Of a stretch of DNA of 64,000 bases, positions 56,352 through 64,000 are shown one piece after another. This DNA comes from Hormiphora californensis (Eukaryota > Animalia > Ctenophora). The position numbers and the translations under genes were made by a program. Below the pieces are notes generated by a model. It searched no databases. It had not been told where the DNA came from and saw nothing but the letters and a program-made list of their open reading frames with translations. Each line of letters starts with the position of its first letter. The stretch's first letter is position 1. Location of the stretch: positions 2,232,001-2,296,000 of the forward strand of contig CM035351.1 of the NCBI GenBank assembly GCA_020137815.1, read 5' to 3'.

Positions 56352-59300
56352 ACTTCTCTCTCCCTCCTCTCATTCCTCTATCACTCCTCTCTCTCATTCC
56401 TCTATCATTCCTCTCACTGATCACTCCTCTCATTCCTCTCTCTCATTGTGATCTCAGTGACTACATATAGTTACATGGGATGCGGCACCTCATGAAAAGG
56501 GGGTGTTTGTGTTTGTAATGAGCCGTCCTTTTATCACTCTCACTCTCACTCTCACTCTCTCTCTCACCTTCCATTAAACTATATATTGCTATCTTGTCCC
56601 CTTTTACTCCTACGTCATGAATCATAGCGCTCTTCAGTATGGAGTCCGAAGGTTGCCCCCGGCTCTGTGTCACACATTCTCGTGAGAAGAGGAGAGAGGG
56701 AGAGAGAGGGAGATAGAGGGAGGGAAAGAGAGAGAAAGAGAGTGAGAGAGATAGGGGAAAGAGAGAAATATAAAGAGAGAGAGGGAGAAAGAGAGAACCA
56801 AAGAAAGAGAGATGAAGCACCAGCTGCAGTTGTCTCCCCTGCCCCCTCAAATTTCCTATCGAGCAACAGCTCCTTTGTGTGTGTGGATAGTACACTACAC
56901 TATTTAGCCGTGCTATATCATCACTCTGGCCATCTCCTTAGAGCTCTCCGAGCTATTTATCATTAAAGCAATATATTATGTTTTATGTTTATCCCGCGTG
57001 TATACTTTTACTTATAACGCCTGCTTTGTGCAGTTATTTGTATTGAGAAATTTTCATCTTGTATGGGCATTGGGCAACCCATGGCCACGTTTGGTTACGA
57101 AGTCATTAGTCACCCCTATTATTGTACATGAGCTTTCGCGGAGGGGTAATTTCATTACCAATGGCCACGTTTTTTGTTTGTTTGAGGACGCCATTGGAAC
57201 CTGAGATACGATATGGCCCGTTTTGTTCTTCGTTCTTCACTAATTCTCGGAATCTCTCACGAATGACGCTCTTGAATATATATCTCCCTCTTCTTGTCAC
57301 TGATTTACAACTGTTTTTGGAGAAGTTTTGATCATTTTGCCGCGGTGATTGTTATGCTTACCGTTTGTTTGCTCGTGTAACTATGCAGAACTCCGCAGAA
57401 GGGTTATATTGTACTATTTATGTGTGGCGCTTTTGTCAACTACCACACAGCCATGTAAGAGTGTGTGAGTGTTTATTGCTTTCCTCCCGCGTGTGTGTGA
57501 GAGGGGGGTCAACACAATAGATCTCCTGAGTCGCGCTCTTTGCTATTGTTTCCCAGGATGCACTTTCCTGTGTCACTCTCTTCTATCAGCCATGTATGTC
57601 TGGCTGAGACATGCAGTTGTTGTTGCCTTTAGTTGTTTGATATATTATTTGCGTGGGTTGATGAATACAGTTTGTTATTCTCATCATTCGATACGTTGGA
57701 TGCCGCATCATAGCTGTTACTAGTCGCCGAGACTAGGTATAGTTGTTGAATTATCTGCTGCGACCTGCGTTATCATACAGTGTTGGGTCCTTGTGTTAGT
57801 TTCGTATAGTCCAGACACCGGCCCCTGTTGTTGGATAGTTGATAGTAACTATCATATTTATTTCAAGTCTTCGGCGTTCCTTTTTAGTTATGTAGGGGAG
57901 AAGCTGGGACTCAAGGACGACAGCATGTTCTTCGAAAAGTCGTCCTATACAATGATGCAGTGGAAACTTTGGCTCTTTCCTGACACTACCTATGAGTCAT
58001 TCCCGGCGAAACCAGCCTCATCGAGTGAGAGAGAAACTGAGAGAAATAGTTGTGCCATGATAAATACAAACGGCCAAATATTGTATAGACCTAAAACAAT
58101 TGTTTGGTAAAACCTACTTGTTTCAATTTGTTGTAGACCTAAAACTGTCAAACTAACAGCTCGATCTTCCCCCAGGTCCAGTTTGTAATGCGGACAACAG
58201 GAAAACCCTGGGAACATTTTCCGGTGTGGTAGTCCCCTGCACCCTGTCAATGTTGAGTGCTATCCTCTTTCTCCGTCTGGGATACGTTGTTGGATTTGTA
58301 AGTAGCTCAGACTTCTGGTTTTGCTAAAACTGCTTTTCGCACGTGCGAAATGACACATGACACGGTCAGCTGTCTGACTGTCAGACTGTTTGTATTGAGC
58401 TTCCTTTCAATATAGAATAGCTTCCTCTAACATCACCCTCTCTCTTCAGGCGGGTTTCATAGAGACACTCATCATGTTTAGTTTGGCATTCTTCATCGTG
58501 ATGATGACCATCCTCTCTGTGTCTGCTATCTCGACTAACGGGGCTATAGAGGGAGGAGGGGCATACTTCATGATCAGCAGATCAATTGGTCCCGAGTTTG
58601 GGGGTGCCATGGGGATCATCTTCTTCGCTGCACAGCTCTTTGGATCTGTGGTGAGTTGTCATCACATTGCAGGATCTTTGGATCTGTGGTGAGTTGTCAT
58701 CACATTGCAGGATCTTTGGATCTGTGGTGAGTTGTCATCACATTGCAGGATCTTTGGATCTGTGGTGAGTTGTCATCACATTGCAGGATCTTTGGATCTG
58801 TGGTAAGGGAGATTTATATATTATATGCAGCATACCTGCTTATCACTGTCATCACAAGCAACTATTTCTCTGGAAGTCACCTAACGTGTAAACAACCAAC
58901 CAAGTTCATGTTTACGTTACATGGTGCTCTCTCACGTACATGTTAATTATGGTGCAATTATACTACCAACAACAAGACTAGATGCAGGTGATAATGAGCA
59001 TTCAAAAGTCAATGTTTTTGTTACGATCTTATGTCAATAATAACACAGCTCACTGCAGCAGTCATTATCTTCGGTGAAAATCTCCCTGCCACAAGGTTTT
59101 CCCTGTTATACACAGACGAACAAATAATGCATTACTGCGGGTAGAATGAGTTATAGCCCACTTATGAAAACACCATCACAATATTCTTGTCATCACACAA
59201 TATGAGTGTAATAGGGAAGTGTTGTTTCTACACATACATTCTAATGCTATGCTATGCTATGCTGCTCTACCGAACCCTCATAGAATTAAAATGCGATGTG

Positions 59301-62300
59301 AACCACACAATTAATACCCTGCTCTCTCTACCAGGTCTACCTATTGGGTCTACTTGATACAATAGTTGATTCCTTTGGGCAGGATGGTGGAACTTTCACC
59401 AAAACCCTCCCAGAGACGGGATTCTGGCCGATTCTCTACGGATCTGCACTTCTCGTTGTTATGCTGATTGTTGTTCTTGTAGGAGCTGAGGTAAGTGGGC
59501 CATTCATCTACTGTTTATCCGTTTTGCACCAAACTACACCTTCCATTAATCGCTCGCTATGTTTTGAAATCTGGATTATTTATTAATTAATTCTAAAATT
59601 ATTTCAGATGTTTGCTAAGACGAATCTGATTATTTTCGTGATAGTTCTGGTTGCCCTGGGTTTTGATTTTGTGAATTTCTTCATCCAAAGTGAGAAGGAA
59701 ATCTCCCCTCCTACTAGCAACACCCTGGTCAACCAGTCTTCCTACCTACACTACACTAGCTGGAGCATGAACACACTTCTAGAGAACAAGTGAGTCATGA
59801 ACACCCTTCTAGATCTAGCCATAGTTTGGCCTCAGTTATGGTTTACTGGCTACTGCGGGTCTGCGGCTTAGTCTACTACTGTGTGCACTGTGCAGTGAGC
59901 AAGTCGGAGTCAGATGTTTCGCACTGTACTGTGAGTGACCAGTGACCACGCACTGCCTAGTAGACCGTGGTCGCCATCTGCTGCTTCTTATATGTTAAAA
60001 GTGCACATATTGCATAGAATGCTATCATGTTCGCAATATATGAGTCATGTGAGAACTGACAGTGAGAACTAGACAGTGGGGCGTGTTAAAATTCACATAT
60101 GTTACCAGTGTAATTCAAGCTGTTGCCAGCAGGGTTTGCGTAACAGTATTCTGGCTCAAACAGGCTTATACCTGTTTTCACCTACTGGCTTTCTACAATT
60201 CCAAATAACATTTAGGGTAGGAGGGGGTAATTCGGGTCAGTTGGTAATTCGGGTCACTTGTTTGTAATTCGGGCCATTCTAATGTAACAAGATTTGGCGG
60301 GAAAATTTGAAATACGGAATATCGTTCATTTCCCGATTTTGGATTCAATTGGTATTCCCGTGAATTTGCGGAATTTTTTCGAGAAGAAAACATATGATTT
60401 TATCCAATGGGATAATTCAGCACTTATTGGCTAAGTTTTTGAAGGAATTACGTAATTATTGATTTACCAAAATGACGTCATAAAACAGTGTGTCTAATTC
60501 GGGTCATGTTTGTAATTCGGGTCACAGGCAAAGCGGCTAATTCGGGTCACCTTATTTTTGCGATAAATCAGCAAGTTTGAGTGATTTCTGGCCCCATATT
60601 TTATGTTTTCTTCTCGATTTGGGGCCTCTGGGGGCCTTTAGGGGCCTCTTGGGGCCTTTAGGGGTCTCTAGGGGGCCTCTAGGGGGGCCTAGGGGCCTCT
60701 AGGGGGCCTCTAGGGGCCTCTAGGGGGCCTCTAGGGTCCTCTAGGGGCTTCTAGGGGCCTCTAGGGGGCCTTAAGGGGCCTTTAGGGGTCTCAAGGGGTC
60801 TCTAGGGGGCCTCTAGGGGGCCTCTGGGGGCCTCTAGGGCCCCTAGAGGCCCCCTAGAGACCCCCAAAGGCCCCTTAAGGCCCCCTAGGGGCCTCTAGGG
60901 GGCCTCTAGGGGCCTCTAGGGGCCTCTAGGGTCCTCTAGGGTCCTCTAGGGGCTTCTAGGGGCCTCTAGGGGGGCCTTAAGGGGCCTCTAGGGGCCTCTA
61001 GGGGGCCTCTAGGGGGGCCTAGGGGCCTCTAGGGTCCTCTAGGGGCTTCTAGGGGCCTCTAGGGGCCTCTAGGGGCCTCTAGGGGGCCTCTGGGGGCTGT
61101 TTTAGGGGCCTCTAGGGGCCCTAGAGGCCCCCTAGAGACCCCTTGAGACCCCTAAAGGCCCCTTAAGGCCCCCTAAAGGCCCCCTTGAGACCCCTTAAGG
61201 CCCCCTAGGGCCTCTAGGGGGCCTCTAGGGGGCCTCTAGGGTCCTCTAGGTGCTTCTAGGGGCCTCTAGGGGGCCTTAAGGGGCCTTTAGGGGTCTCAAG
61301 GGGTCTCTAGGGGGCCTCTAGGGCCCCTAGAGGCCCCCTAGAGGCCCCTAAAACAGCCAACCATCAGCCAACCAACAGCTGGCCCGAATTACAAACACTT
61401 GACCCGAATTAACCGCATGATTTCAGCGGCAACACGCTGTGTTGGTAATTCGGGTCATTTGGTCACGTGTTTGTTTGCGAGGGCTGTGATTGGCTGAATA
61501 CGCGCGTGGCCCGATTTAGCCACTGACCCGAATTGCCAACAATACGCAAACTAACGATTTCGTGGGATTTTTTATGTGTGAAAAAGGTTGGATTTGAAAA
61601 CTTCAACAGTCCAAATATCTTAACAAGTGTCACATTGGATAAATTGAATAGATTTTATGTGCAGACATTCTGCCACAACCAAGGGAATACCACTTTAATC
61701 AAAAAGGTGACCCGAATTACCCCCGCCTACCCTACTTCCCAGACTCTCAAATTCCTAAATAAACGCAAGTATACCTCCCTTGTTTATACATCCCCCTCTT
61801 TCCCTCTCTTCAGGGGTAACAACTACACCACAGACTACACGACCATGTCATCGACTTCTTTTAACCGGGTGTTCGCCGTCCTTTTTACCGGGTTCACTGG
61901 GGTCTTCGCTGGAGCAAACATGTCGGGGGACTTAAAGAACGCTAGCAGGTATTTGTACTGAAATTATCTCTATTTTCATAAGCAGGTTTCTCAGTTCTCA
62001 CTAACTTCTGTCTCAACTCAATTCCACAAATGGGACCCACAGCATTCCCACGCCCGGTTCCGCCATCCCTAGGACCCCTCTAGCCTCTTCTTCTCTCCCT
62101 CTCTCTCATTCTCCGGCTTCTCTGTCACGTCCAAGAGGTGATACGCTGTGCCTGATCTCTAATTCTACAACATGTTTTCAGGGCTATCCCTCTGGGCACG
62201 ATAACAGCATGTTGCTTCTCCTACGGTGTTTACGTAGTACTAACAATGATAATTGCATCTACCTGCTCTAGGGTAAGTTAATATCTCCCTACCTGCTCTA

Positions 62301-63959
62301 GGGTAAGTTAATACTTTCCCTGCTCCCCGAACTCTGGGTGGAGGTTGTTCCTCCCCCAACAGTATACAACTTCCCCAGTATACAACTTCCCCAGTATACA
62401 ACTTTTCTCAGTCCTTCTTGGGTGGAGGAGAATGGGGGTTGTTCAGACTGTCTTGTACGACCTCTCAAGCAGTAGTAGGGGAGATGGAGGTTGTACTGCT
62501 GGGGGTACACTAAAGTGTGTATAGATTCTGAATAACGGTGGGAGAAATGAAAAGGGGAAATGCCTCTTCTGCTAACGGGTGATAACTAAAAGATGTCACA
62601 AATTTAAAACAGCTGTAGAATTTTTCCCTTTTGAGGTACAGCTTCGGGCCAGTTATAAAACGATTTTTCAGACAATTTTGAATCGGAATAATATACCGGC
62701 AAAGACTAAAAAGTTCGTTTTCATTGCGATATCACATCATTTCCTTTTGCCCCACCAAAGCATTTAGTACGTGAAATTTACACACTTTTCTAGCACCTCT
62801 AGCACCTGTTCTGTTCAAGATTCAGCTTCGGGACACTGATAGAATGATTTATCAGACAATTTTGAACGAAATTAACTTTGTTTCAAACTTCATAAATCTC
62901 AATTTCCTGATCAGAATCTTCTGTAACAAAGCGTAGTTTACAGGTAATTTGAGAAATCGCCATTTCGACGATCTCTTGAAACATTTATGACCGTGAAAAC
63001 CAATTTCTTAATGAGCTAAAATGTTCAAACTTGGCAGTTATGTTGACTATAGCATGAACAACCAAACCTCCAATTATTAGAATTTTATCTCATCGGAAAA
63101 GTCATTTCTGATCACATAGAAGTTTCAAATCTCCGTACTACATGCTTTGGTGGGATAAGATGAAATGATCAGATATCGCAATAAAAATAAACTTTTTAGG
63201 TTTTGCCGGTATACTATTCCGATTCAAAATTGTCTGAAAAATCGTTCTATAACTGGCCCGAAGCTGTATCTCATAAGGGAAAAATTCTACAGCTGTTTTA
63301 AATTTGTGACATCTTTTAGTTATCACCCGTTACTGCCCCTATTTCTCATCGTCTACCCACAATTAATTTCCTTTTACTCTCCACTCCACATTCATTCACA
63401 CAGTTCCCTCCCACGTCCCACGAGTGTGTGAGTGTGTGTGACAAAGGATTTACTCATGGAAATTGAACACTAAATGGTGCAATGAGAAGGTGAATGATAT
63501 AAATAAACGGACAAGCAAATTCACCCATTTCAATACTTCTAAAAGTTTTATTTGAGAGTTTCTTTCGAAATAATTCATTTCATCAAAATCCAGTATAAAT
63601 CACTTTTTGTTTCCAGTTTTACTTTATAAAACACGACGTACTCAAAGTCATATTTCTATCAGATATTTGAAAATAGAAAATTTAGTAGGCCCCTATTGCA
63701 CGTATTGCATGTCATCTTACTCAAAATCCTATTTCCTACAAGATAAGATCTTTCAAGTGTTTGCAGTATTCAGTATTACACACCAGTGCCCCCAGTGTTG
63801 GTAACTATAAATTACCCACAATTCTCCAGGGTCTACTCCAAAACGACTACCTGTTCCTGGAGCACATCAACATGATAAAGGGGGTCACAACCGCAGGAAC
63901 GATCTGTGTCACTTTCTCTGCATCTCTCAGTACTTTTATCGGAGCCAGCCGGATATTAG
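55673..63959 (+). CDS. SLC12A9: Solute carrier family 12 member 9-like cation-chloride cotransporter, 5' part (exons 55673-55754, 58176-58297, 58450-58650, 59335-59490, 59608-59788, 61814-61948, 62182-62272, 63830-63959); continues beyond the window
   Basis: [64 protein letters not shown]...[44 protein letters not shown]-like; junction phases are consistent. Confidence 0.9.
58637..58802. repeat. 38-bp tandem repeat (about 4.4 copies) duplicating the SLC12A9 exon end and donor
   Basis: Unit ctttggatctgtg|gtgagttgtcatcacattgcag|gat. Confidence 0.93.
60213..61734. mobile_element. 1.5-kb non-autonomous TIR element (TA-flanked) carrying a GC-rich satellite
   Basis: TIR tagggtagg(a/c)gggggtaattcgggtca at 60213-60239 and 61708-61734; many subterminal taattcgggtca copies; (ggggcctcta)n at about 60621-61350. 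Confidence 0.85.
62573..63332. mobile_element. MITE with about 190-bp imperfect TIRs
   Basis: taacgggtgataactaaaagatgtcacaaattt... is mirrored at 63138-63332; this explains the twin ORFs [17 protein letters not shown] on opposite strands. Confidence 0.9.
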
Positions 63960-64000
63960 GTGAGAACTATGAGAGACCAATACCATGGTACTAACACGTT

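Overview
Eukaryotic (invertebrate animal-like) genomic DNA with GT-AG introns, abundant (AG/TC)n microsatellites and many small transposons. It has no prokaryotic features and no CRISPR array. A ctenophore-like source is only my impression. Genes reconstructed by hand: the 3' exon of a coiled-coil gene (+), MAU2 (-), OSER1 (-), intronless SUCO-like (-), CFAP276/C1orf194 (+, absent from the ORF track), ATOS/FAM214 (-), WDR7 (-, about 19 kb), PRPF8 (-) and the 5' part of SLC12A9 (+). Mobile DNA: two tandem CR1/L2-group LINEs embedded in (TC)n, a third LINE 3' fragment, a truncated CRE-like RLE retroposon and about ten MITE/foldback elements. Most notable is a five-exon antisense gene of which the ORF track shows only exon 1, nested in one WDR7 intron (27460-29562, 266 aa). 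It joins a permuted papain-like (PPPDE/LRAT-type H...NC) domain to a Gly-rich beta-strand C-terminus. Its third intron is a MITE-in-MITE whose outer arm carries a TACTAAC branch-point consensus, and an array of seven GTCACGTGAC motifs lies upstream. Other themes are tandem duplications seeded on splice sites and four small frameshifts in otherwise intact genes, probably sequencing errors.
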